Source: Octopus bimaculoides (lineage: Eukaryota). Taken from it: a stretch of 64,000 bases of DNA. The notes below the pieces were generated by a model. That model saw only the letters and a program-made list of their open reading frames with translations. It searched no databases and was not told the DNA's origin. The translations under genes and the position numbers were made by a program. This document shows, piece by piece, positions 11,922 through 23,557 of the stretch. Every line of letters begins with the position of its first letter. The stretch's first letter is position 1. The stretch covers positions 64,008,147 to 64,072,146 of the forward strand of contig NC_068985.1 in NCBI RefSeq assembly GCF_001194135.2, read 5' to 3'.

Positions 11922-11980
11922 TTCATGGACATTTATATACACACAGGCATGTGTGTATGTATGAATGTATGTACGTATGT

Positions 11981-12294
11981 CTTTCACCCTTTGATTGCTC
12001 TTATTTTGTCCTGCAGGGTGTCCAACAATCACCCTCTTCACGAAGCAAGCTTGATGGAGTTGCCAGTTTAGTCGCCAACAGCCTGACCATGCAACAGGTT
12101 GTATTGAGTTACATGCTACCAGTGGTATGACAGATCGCTCTTGGGTACTACAGGTAACATGTAACCCAGTACAACCTGTTGCATGGTCGGGATGTCAGCA
12201 ACTAAACTGGCAACCCCATCAAGCTTACCTGGTGAGGAGAGTGATTGTTGGACACCCTGCAGGACGAAAAATAAGACCTATCAAAGGGTAGAAG
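11981..12294. repeat. Imperfect foldback, ~140-bp arms with ~32-nt loop
   Basis: 11981-12120 is reverse-complementary to 12153-12294 (e.g. gtcctgcagggtgtccaacaatcac / gtgattgttggacaccctgcaggac), with scattered mismatches. Confidence 0.85.
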
Positions 12295-12580
12295 AGATCA
12301 TGAGTAGTCAATGGCCATCCAACAATATGTATATACATGCATGGGGACGTGGAAAAACCTGGGTTCGTGTCCAGATGTACAGTTGATCTACTGGGTGTTG
12401 GAGGCCCCTCTGTTGTCACATCTCTCTAGGAGAGGGAAACACTGAGAGAAAACCTGCGGCACTGACAATATTTGATAATGTAGACTAGTTCTTTTTGAAT
12501 TTATGTTGTCCAGGTTCACAGAGTGGGGCTGGATTTGTGCAAATCCTTTCCCCACTATAAAAAAAAAATCATCATGCACA

Positions 12581-14904
12581 GGTGCTATGTCTGTCCGACG
12601 TCACTTTGTCAAACATCTTTTTGTCCACGTCTTTTTGTCCGATGATTTTTTTGTCCAATGACTTTTTGTCCAATGACTTTTTGTCCAATTTTAAATAAAC
12701 TCTTTAGAAAACATGGTGAAATATCTCTAATGATATATTCACAGAACTAGAACAAGCCTCATTATAGGATTGTTATTATCGTTTTTTTGCCTTTTCCGTT
12801 AACAGTTTTACTTTCTCTTTTCCCTTCTCTCTTTTAAATATGGTGTTGTGTATAGAGAGTGCTGAAAATTTAGTGTACACACTTTTAATTTACCCATCTC
12901 GAAATGACAAAATTCATAGTATTGATCAAAAACAAAAGTAAAGCAGTTGATGAAAGTAATTACATCAACGGCTTTCATTCAAGCAATACAAAACTAGGAA
13001 AAGAATACTAGAGATGTGAGAAAAGAAGGCTGTGTTCAGTGTGAATTCACATGCTAACAGAAAACAATGAGCCAAAAATTATTTATTTTTCTAGTGAGCA
13101 CCTTCATCCAGCTGGTGTAGATTTCTTAAATGCTAGAAAAGCAGTTGCAGAAATAAAGCATGAAGTGGTGGAAAACATAGCAGCAAGTTTATGCAGCTAA
13201 CAGAAAATACTTACTCCCAACTTCTTCATTTGTCTGTACTTTGCAGACAAAAATATTCTGGATTTCATGCTAATCCAGGGGCTAGATCTGGTTATGAAAT
13301 ACCTGAAGACTATTATAAACTTGATAATAGCGAACAGTTTCTGAGATATGACTTGGGTATCAAGGATCAACAGTACATACTAGTATTTGCATCAGAAAGT
13401 ACTCTTCAGGATATAGCATTATATCATCATTGGGCATGTGATGGAATGTTCAAAATTGTGCCACAACAGTGGTTTCAACTGTTTGGCATCCATGTACAAG
13501 TTAAAGGTAGCAGTTTTCCACATTACTTGCATTACTGCTGAATAAAATAAAGTAGACATGAATTATTTTTTGAGCAACTGAAAATTATGCAACCTAATGC
13601 ATATCCACTTGATCTCATGGCAGATTTCGAAGTTGCAGTTCAAAAGGCATTTAATTTATTCCCTAGTTCATCTATCATGGCATGTTTATTTCATTTGAGC
13701 CAATCAGTATTTTCAAAAATTATATAGATTTAGGCCTCAAAGAAAAATACAACAAAAGCACTCAGCGCAAACCTCTGCCAAGGCAACACCAACGTCCTCT
13801 CAACAATTAGCCAGAGATGATTTTAAAATGAGAATATCTGAAATAAACTTGACTGCTCTCACAAACAAGAATACTAGAAATGAAGCTGACCACTCTCAAA
13901 AGTTAAGTAAAAAAACAGGAAAAATAATCCAGAATCCTTGTCCAGTACCAGATCGATCCCAAAATCTAATCAGTTCAAGCCAGTCCCTGAAACATTCCTG
14001 AAAGTTTCATTCGAATCCATCCAGTGGTTCTTGAGATATCTTGTCCACAGGTAAACAGACAAACACAACTGAAAACAATACCTCTACCTTCGCTAAGGCA
14101 GAGGTAATAAAGATTCTGAACTCTGTCTTAAAATTCGATGCTTTTAAGCATTAGCCTTCCAACCCATTAAAGATGTTGAAGAGGCCTATGAAGAATTAAT
14201 AGACAATGAAAAAACACCTGCTGAATTCATTGCTTACTTCGACTTGACTTACATAGGCATTGTGAGAGGACATGATTCTAGATGAAGAGAACCACCTACA
14301 TTCCCAATAACTGTATGGAATGTGAATCAGTGTATTCTTCAAGACCTTCTCAGAACAAATAATGCTGCAGAGAGGTTTCATTCTGTGATAAAGCATTCGG
14401 CGGGTGGAGCATATTTGAATATTTGGAAATTAATCTGAAGGAAGAGGAAAAACTCGTTCAAGGTAAAACAACTCAAATTCTTTGTGGAGATCCATCAAAT
14501 TCATGCACACAGTATTGAAGAATAACTGAATGCCTCAAAAGATTGATCTCTGAATATGGGTCAACAAGAAAAACTGATTTTTTGAAGAGTGTGGCATATA
14601 ATTTGCATCAATTTTAAGTGATCATAATAAATCATTAGTTATATCTTATTACTTTTTAAAATGACTTTTTTAAGATACATGTTTTCAGAATTTTACTTGA
14701 ATCTTATCAATAAAATTGTCAACGGTTATTTGATTTTGATGTTCACCTTGTTTTCTAAAGAGTTTATTCAAAATTGGACAAAAAGTCATTGGACAAAAAA
14801 AATCATTGGACCAAAAGACGTGAATGAAGTGACATTGGACAAAATGATATTGGACAAAATGATATTGGACAAAATGATATTGGACAAAAAAGTCGGGTCA
14901 CACC
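12581..14904 (+). mobile_element. MULE/Mutator-like (Phantom-type) transposon, decayed
   Basis: Long TIRs built from tandem ttttgtccaatga units. Transposase remnants WACDGMFKIVPQQWFQLFGIH, DFEVAV, CLFHL and RTNNAAERFH. Confidence 0.85.
13751..14108 (+). mobile_element. Short non-autonomous insertion (Helentron/HINE-like) inside the MULE ORF
   Basis: Interrupts the MULE reading LGLKEKY|NKDSEL. Subterminal acctctgccaagg near the left end is inverted as taaggcagaggt at the right end. Confidence 0.55.
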
Positions 14905-15074
14905 TATCACAAAAATGGCCAGTCATAGCTTTTTCATATGTGAGACTTTTGATCAGGTAATGGCAATACTCAAACACAAGTTTGCAGCCATCATATGTAT
15001 GTATAAATGTGTATGTATGTGTGTGTGTACTGGTATATGAGAGTATGTTTATATATACGTATTCTTTTATTCTT

Positions 15075-15395
15075 TTGTTTCAGTCATATGACTGCAGCCA
15101 AGCTGGAGCACTACCTTTAGTCAAACAAATCAACCCCAGGACTTATTCTTCGTAAGCCTTTTACTTATTCTATCAGTCTCTTTTGCCAAACTGCTAAGTT
15201 ACGGGAATGTAAACACACCAACATCAGTTGTCAAGCGATAGTGGGAGGACAAACACAGACACACACATATATATGACGAATTTCTTTCAGTTTCCATCCA
15301 CCAAATCCACTCACAAGGCTTTGTTCGGTCCGAGGCTATAGTAGAAGACACTTGCCTAAGGTGCCACACTGTGGAATTGAACCCGGAACCATGCT
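15075..15395 (-). mobile_element. SINE family 2
   Basis: ttcagtcat.tgactg...aaccccaggacttattc...ccaaatccactcacaaggc...gaacccggaaccatg; same family as 36525-36842, 29150-29500 and 61290-61640. Confidence 0.8.
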
Positions 15396-16789
15396 TGTAA
15401 AAATATACAAGCTTAAACTTTACATTAAATTGAAGGATTACTCAATGCACTTAGAAGAGTACATATTCATTATTCATTAACAAGAATAGTACTGACAGTG
15501 ACCTCGAAGTTTCAGTCAGGTAAAACATCGTCAGACAGTTTGATGGTGGTTTAGCAGGCCAGAAAACTTCAATGTTGCTGTCAATACTGTTCTTGATAAA
15601 AGAATTTTATACATAAAACCTGGATGTTCTTTAATATACATGCCACCAACATATGTTGGTTTATATTGGAATAGTTTGGCTAAGTCTACAGTATGGCATA
15701 TTGACAAACCCTTCAATTCTGTGTGATCTCATCAGTAGGAACCTGATATTCTAAGTTCAAATCCCACACCTTCATAGAATATAATTTTAAAGTTTATATT
15801 ACTACTAGCAGAGATATCAGGCATTGCTTGGGATTAAAATGACATAGTTTGTATATATAATACAGTTAAGCTGAAACGTGATACGGGAAAGTGCAGCATT
15901 GATGACAAAACATCTGAGTAAATGATGGGCAAATTCGACTAAGCGACATGTCATATGTCCATTTGGAGGATTCCAGTCCCTAACCAGTCATAGAAAAATG
16001 GTGTTGAGGAGGGGGAGATGAATTTTGAACACACCAAAAAACTCTCAGTGGATATTCTCTCATTTGCGGCCGTCAGCGCTGTTGCTACCACACTGAACAA
16101 TCAGCAGATATGGGACTTACATCTATGTGATAAATTAAGCCCTTGGATGCACTCAACAACACCACGAGAGAAACCTACATGAAAGAAATGGCATGGTAAA
16201 GGGGTGGGATTTGCAAGGCAGCGCTTGAAATCAATGACACGGTCTCTAACAAATGTGGCGTTGGGCTGCTGACATGGTTGAGAATCAATAGTTGTGGCTC
16301 AACCATGCATTCCTTTGTGTAAACAGCATACAACCATTGGGAGGACAACTCTGCTCCCAAACAAAAACAATTCTGCATGCAAGGTCACATTAAGGACATG
16401 AGCTCTAACTAACATGCTTGGGTCTTTGACACCATAAATTAGTATGCTAATGTACATGCAATATTTTGGTTTGTAATCAATAGCTGAAGAATATTTGCAT
16501 GGACTCAATCTATGCTTAGAAAGAAGCCTTGATACTGAAGTTAAAAGAAAATAGTTGAATAGCTGCTAAAGATTTAACATATTTTAGCATATTTTTCATA
16601 ATAAACAATGCGTTCCAAACAGTTTTTATTCCAACAAATTGCTTGTTATGGTACTATGGGAACAGGCTGTTATTGTTACTACTTAGACAATGCGGTTTGA
16701 AGTTTACATTGGTTCATCCATTTAATACATCCTACTTATATAATTTCAGTAGCTGTTTTTCGCAGTTTGAACAAGCAATATGTGGACCA

Positions 16790-17155
16790 TGTGAGCAGTC
16801 ATTCGTATCCCAAGGAAGGGGGTTTTCTGCCCCCTGGGGCCCTATTACTTATTACATGAAAAATTTTAAGAGTCTAAAACCATCTCTGGTACATAAGTAA
16901 TGTATGTTCCCAGTTTGGAGAAAATCAGTTGCGAACTTCAGAAGTTCTGCAGGTCCTCAATTTTATATATAGAAGTAGAGAAATTAACATAATTATGTCA
17001 TCAAGAGTAATATCCCTTGAGCCTATGAAGCAACCAAGTTATGCAATTGTTCCTATTGTTTACCCAGGAAAGGGGGTTTTCTGCCCCCAGGGGTCCCATT
17101 ACTCATTATGTGAAAAGTTTTACGAGTCTAAAACCATCTCTGGAACATAAGTAAA
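16790..17155 (+). repeat. Diverged direct repeat (~250-bp period)
   Basis: ggaagggggttttctgcccc...gagtctaaaaccatctctgg.acataagtaa occurs at about 16815-16900 and 17067-17153. Confidence 0.7.
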
Positions 17156-17226
17156 GTAAAACTTCAGAAGTTATGCGGGTTTACACACAAACATCCTCAG
17201 TTTTATTTTTATTTATATATATATAT

Positions 17227-17268
<42 letters not shown>

Positions 17269-17484
17269 GTAGTGTTGGATCAAAACAGAGTTGAGGAAAA
17301 TGCTTTGCAGTATCTATTCTCACTCTTTATATTCTTGAGTTCTAGTCCCAATAAAGTGAACTATGTCTTCCATCTGTTTAAGGATCCATAAAGTACCAGT
17401 AAAATACTGAGGTCAATGGCATCTAATGCTCTCGCCTTAAAAATACTGACCTTGTGCCTAAATCAGGAACCTTATTATTATTTT

Positions 17485-17900
17485 TAAGGCAGCAAGCTGC
17501 CATACCTAACAAATTTCTTAGTAGCATTTCTCCTAACTTTGTGTTCTGAGTTCCCATTCAGCAGAAGTCTACTTTACTTTTCATCCTTTCAGGGCTGATA
17601 ACACAAGCATCAGTTGAGTGCTGAGGTTGATGTAATTGACTAACCCCTCCACAAAAATTTATTGTAGAAAGAATTATTACTATTATTTTTATTATATTAT
17701 TAAGGCGGTAAGCTGGCAGAACTGTTGGGCAAAATGTCTGGTGGTTTTTAGTCCATCTTTATGTTCTAAGTTCAAATTCTGTTGAGATCATCCATTTGAG
17801 GTCAATGAAATAAATACCAGTTGATCAGTGGGGTTGTTCAATCTACTAACTCATCCCCTAAAACATCTCAGGCCTTGTACCTGTAGTAGAAAGATTATTA
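17485..17900 (+). mobile_element. Two tandem diverged family-1 SINEs
   Basis: aaggcagcaagctgcc... at about 17487 and aaggcggtaagctggcagaac...agttcaaattc at about 17702. Confidence 0.65.
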
Positions 17901-17924
17901 TTATAATTGCATGAGGGTGCATGG

Positions 17925-18190
17925 CTTAGTGGTTAGGGATGTTGCATTCACAATCTAGTCTGGGTGAGGCATTGTGTTCTTCAGCAAAACACTTCATCTC
18001 ACATTATTCTGCGACCACTTTGATACCTGACATGTGATACACCATGCACCTGTTCAGGCAACATCGATTTGATGGGGAGAGTGAGTTAATGTGTGGCACG
18101 AACATGTGATCACTATAAACAAATGATTTGTGCAGGTTGTTAGGTTAAAGCTGAACACTTATACGTCATCTTTGACAGGAGAGTCCATCA
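17925..18190 (+). mobile_element. tRNA-headed SINE (third family)
   Basis: gcatggcttagtggttaggg (A-box-like) followed by a repeat body ending tcatctttgacaggagagtc. Confidence 0.5.
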
Positions 18191-21100
18191 TTATTGTTGT
18201 TGTTGTTATTATTATGTAAACACAGGTTAATTATACTTGGCAGTATCACAATTACAAAGCAACAGGACATTTAATTCAACCATCATCATTTAACATCTAT
18301 GTTCCATGCTGGCATGGCTGGAACTCTTGCATGGGATTTGAATATAACAATGGTGAGTGTAAAATAAACCTTTGAATGGACACAACCATATGCTCACACA
18401 AACAACTGTATTAGACGATATGCACTCATGCACACTACTCTTATTAGACTGTAGACACAGAAACCTGTCTATATAAGGCCACACACACACAGTTTAGTGG
18501 TAGTAACATCTGATTTGGTTTGAATAGTCTGAGATTAATGACTACATCAGAAGTTTTATAAAGATGTATATCTAAAAATAAAGGACTGAGTAGAGCGTTC
18601 AGATGAGAGGATGAACTTAATAGAAAAAAAAAAGAGTACATTAAGAGAACATACAGTTAGAGCTGAAGCATTTTGAGGAAGACAACAGTGGAATAGACTT
18701 TGAATGGAAGTTTGCTTATCAACAAGACAGCATTTTTTGTTGTATCTGGCTTACAACGGTTGCATGTGAGAAAGGAGGTTGTGTGCGTGCATTCAAGTGA
18801 ACATTGTATGTACTGATAAAAGAATATTTGCTTGAAATGAATCCTGGAAACAGCTTATCATGATTACTCTTCTACATTTTGCCAAATACCACAAAAGAAA
18901 ATATCAAGATTTGCTTTTATATGAAGCAACATTTTTCCAAAATTAGAGAGATTTATTTCTCTGATACTAGAAATTGAGATTTATGAGGGCTGTGTAGCAA
19001 AGTCACTAGAGATTCCATCTTTGTTCCAAAAGATTGTTATTTTAGTAAATCAAAATGGAAACAGCAAAATATTCTTGCTTCCCGCATCCCCACACACACA
19101 CACACACACACACACAAACTGTTCTCTCCTATCCCTAACAAATTTTTAACTGTTTTCTACATAACCAATTTTGGATGCAGTCAAGTCCAAATGAACCATA
19201 AAACAAAACAAAACATCCTCAAAATGATATCACAATTTTTACTACAGTAATTCTTACAAACAAATACAATTTTACAAATACATTTTTTAGAAATGTGCCA
19301 TTTATCCTTTGAAAATCTCAAGTGAAATCAAAACAAATACTTTTATTCTTGTCTGTCACTGTCCGAGATAACACCAAGTCAAACCAATTCTAATTACTTG
19401 CACCAAAATACCGAACATACTTTATATATTACAGAATAATGTATCACTGACATAATCAGTAAAATTGGTGCCTATGAGGGGTAATTCTCAAATTATGTTG
19501 TTCTAAAGACAAGGAGAAATAGAAAGGATCAGTGATGCTGAATTGAACATTAACCCAGATAGTTCTCTCCATAAGTAACTAAATCTTTATATAACCCAAT
19601 AGAAAAAAACGAGAAACATTAATACATAAACCTCATTGAAGAAAAAACTTTAGCAATATCAGAAATACAATTAAAAAAAACTATAACAGAACTCCCTATA
19701 CCAATGACATTTTAATAGTTTTATGCACTCACTGGACCAATGGAGAATGTAATATTGGAATGATAGACAAAGTTGCTAATCACAGAAGTAAATGTCTTCT
19801 CTGTTAAACTGTATTTACCATAAATTTTTATTACAAATTCTTATAAAAAGAAAATGAATATTTCTAAAGACTTTGGGAAAGAAAAATGTTTGAATTTTAA
19901 AGAATCATTTTCCTGCTTAGTCAAAGGAACTATGTATATCCAAATGTAGTGGCAGGGATAATCTGATGTTAATCCAACTGAACATTATACAGACTGGTTT
20001 ATTCCCTCTATTTATAACAATAAATCCTACTGTTATATTTCATTGATACAGTAATAATCTGGTTAATTCTTACTATAAAATGATGTAAAATAGACTGCTA
20101 CTAAGAATCTCACATTTAGCTCTCAACTCCAAACATTGCTGTAGTTATCTAAATTTGTACACTTATTAAATCTATAATAGAAATTGCTTATTGCTATACA
20201 TCTGCTAAGTCCATAGAACAAATAAATTGTGCAAGGGGAGTACAAATGGTCTCATTAAAGATGTGATTTATAACAAAACAAGAAATGTATTTGCCAGAGA
20301 TAAAAAAAAATTCAATCAAAAATATTTAAATAATTACAATCTAATTAGAAAGGTGCACTGAATGTGTATTCTTTGGAATAAAACTGTGGAACTGATTATG
20401 TGTCCACCTTCCCAACTATTTTGCAACAAGAGCAGAAACAACCTCATATGATAATTAGGAAAATATTTCAAAGAAGTTGTTCAAATAATATATTTGTTTC
20501 ATCTGATGATCATACTGGCTTGAAACTCAAGTTGCAAGACAAACTCTTAGCTTCGGTTTTAATAAAATAACTATATTAATAAACTCTCAGGTTCAGTTTT
20601 AATAAGATAACTATATTAATTAGCGAGTAGAGCTCATGGAAATATGAAACTTTTTAAATGGTTATAAGTTTCTATTAAGCCATAAAAATTAGTGTTCCTT
20701 TATAAATTGTATAAGCTGCATTATTTTTATTTAAAAACACCTTTCATTTCTCTCAGCAGTTCAGAGGTTCATTTATAAATTTAAGAGCTTCACAATGTAA
20801 CATCCAACCATATGTTTTCAGTTTTCATGATGTTCACTCTCATTTTCATTTTATATTCTATTCTCTTAACTGTTGTAAATACTCTGTACTCTTTGACTTA
20901 CATTTTCCCTTCTTCACACTGATGCTCCCGAACTTGTACTAGTGTTTTGACCCTCTGCTTCTCTTTATGTTGTTGCCTATACTGTCTCATTCTTATTCTT
21001 GTTAGCTTACATCGGTTGTCATCCATATTTTATAAACAAATATCAATTTTTAAGTGAGCAGATGGTAAATAATTGTACTTACACACATGTGTTAATTGAT

Positions 21101-21375
21101 AAGCAATATCAAAAATTTAGTTCAATTAAAAGAAAATTATACAAACAAAGCTCAGACTAGATTGTTTCCCAACCAAGATTAGTCCATTTCACAGTCCACA
21201 TCACCACTGAGGCTGTTTTTATAACACAATGCTTTGATGTTATGGGAGATAAATATGGCTTTGACAAGTAAAATAAACTCTAGTTTCGTAGTTTTGCAAC
21301 TCTGGTAAAAAAAAGTTATGTTTTTTGATTTTGAGAGAAAATAAAAGAACCAGGGTCATTAGTAGTGTATTTTAT

Positions 21376-22928
21376 CACTTATTGAAGTTACCTTCATCAT
21401 TATTGCCCGAAGTATCCCTTTCACCATCACTAACTTCATCTTTGAACTCTTCATCATCTTCAATGGCTCTAATATGCTTGTAAAGCTTATTCAGATGAGA
21501 ATTGGCATCCTTGGACTGTTTTGCTCTCTAGATTCTGAAATGATGCATACAGTCATGCCAGTACTTGCTCAAAGGTAGTGTTTGTGGTGTACTTCCCACT
21601 TCTCCCCTGACTATAGCCCATATGAGCTCGGTTAGCTGCAAATCAGAATGATGTGGTGGAGAAAAGATGACCTCATGACCTCTTTCTCTTGCCATGGAAC
21701 AAACAATTGGAAGAACATGTAGTTTGTTGTATTCCTACAGTTTTTCTCATAGCACACACTTCAGATCTCCTGCTTCGAATGGAATCTCTCATTCTTGACA
21801 TGCCACCTGCATTTGAGCCTTCTTCTGCCATCCTTGTGGTGTTGTTTCAGGGAGATTTGAGTGACATTTGGCATTATCCATCACAATGACAGCGTTATTA
21901 ATCCCTTGGTCATCAACAGCTTTGAAGAGCTTTTCCATTCACTCAACAAAATACTTGTGGTTGAACATCCTATGGTAGTCTCCTACAAAGACATGCAGAG
22001 TGTCCTTCATTAAGTGAGCCACTTGATTTTCATTTCAAGCTTCTTCTGGCACAGTGCTGTCAACATCAATAATGGCCATGATGAAACAGTGTTGCTTTCC
22101 TTTGTGTTGTGTTTTCACTTGTTGATCCAGCTCATTGTTTAGATCATACAAACTGTCATCATGACAAGCATAATTTTTGTGAATATAGCTTTCATCCATG
22201 TACACAATTCATCACCTCTTTGCTGTGTTGAGAGGAACTAATTTGACTGTATAGAGATCCCACTTATGAATGTTCTCAGCTCAGAGCTTGTAGTACAGCA
22301 TTCCTTTCCTCTTTTCATGACGGTATCCTTTTTGCTTAAGGAATCTTTGAACAGATTGCAGAGCTGCTTGGACTTGGTTTGGTTGATGATGAGCAACAGC
22401 AATGAAACCATTCTGGATACAGCAGTCTATCACATCCCGAGCAACAGTCCTAGTGTGAATCGCTTGACAATCTCTGAGAGATTTCTGGATTATGGAAGTC
22501 ACAAGATGAAGATCAGGAACTACCAAAGCCACTGGATTTTAATTTCCAGTCATCTTCTGCTCTGAAATTTCTCCAGTCTGAACAAATTTGTTCCAGATTT
22601 CGCTGCAGAACTTATTACTTCAACCAAGGATATTCGCAGTATGGTTCATGGCATCTGCATTCTTCATTTGCCCAGGTCTCTTATTATTGTGCAGCACGAC
22701 ATGTTTATGATGAAACTTGGCATGTACAGAGAGAATATCCAGCTTCTCCTCCTTGGTAAGGCTCCCAGGTTGATTTATTTTCATGAAAGTCTCCTCAGAT
22801 TTGAGAAACGGTTTATCCACAATCTTATGAGTCTTCATGGGCATGTAAGAAACATTTCTCTGTCTATTGTTTCTTTTCGGCTCCAAAACACGATCTTCAA
22901 CTTGATCCTTTTCTTCATTTCTCTCCAT
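21376..22928 (-). pseudogene. IS630-Tc1-mariner transposase with DD82E spacing (Sailor-like), decayed
   Basis: VYMDESYIHKNY...HKGKQHCFIMAI, DYHRMFNH, IVMDNAKCH, FSPPHHSDLQLTELIWAIV. The second D codon (21878) and E codon (21629) are 249 nt apart, giving 82 intervening codons, three of them stops. TIRs not identified. Confidence 0.8.
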
Positions 22929-23523
22929 AACTTTTGATCTGGAGGGGAAAGAAAACTAAAGGTGCAAAAGGAAGATCTCAACAAGCACTATTTAACAATA
23001 TAATGGGTTTAAACTAGCAGTAAAAACTGACTGAGTAAAACACAAAATAGGCCTCAATAGTGTCGCAGATTGTCAGTTCAGCTCAGTATTTGTTTATATC
23101 TACTTTTGTTGCTATCAATACAAAGTTTGAATAACAAATTTTTAAAAAACAATAACATCCACAGCTATTTTGTTAAGTTATTTCACTTTCATTGAAAAAT
23201 CTACATTTTAATCTACTATAAGCTTTCCTTCTTCCATCCAGTCATTAATGAATTTGTCAATGTGGATAGATAAATAGATCAACAGATAGAAGATATAAAA
23301 AATTCAATATTAAAATGCTATTGTTTTTTGTTTTAGTCACAATAATATATGATGTTTAAAATTTGCCTCTGCTAAACACTTTATATTTTACTACCTCTTC
23401 AACAAACTTTTTAACCATGTCATTCCTCTCTTCAGGCAATTTATCATTTCTCTCCTTACCTTTCACTTCAACTCTCACTTCCACTAACCACAAGATAGCT
23501 TAATGCATTGACTGATAATAATA

Positions 23524-23557
<34 letters not shown>

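Noticed and set aside
12223-12245. CTCTCCTCACCAG|GTAAGC as a ratchet point
   Set aside because: Lies in one arm of a hairpin repeat (likely sequestered), is absent from the partner arm, and has a non-optimal donor.
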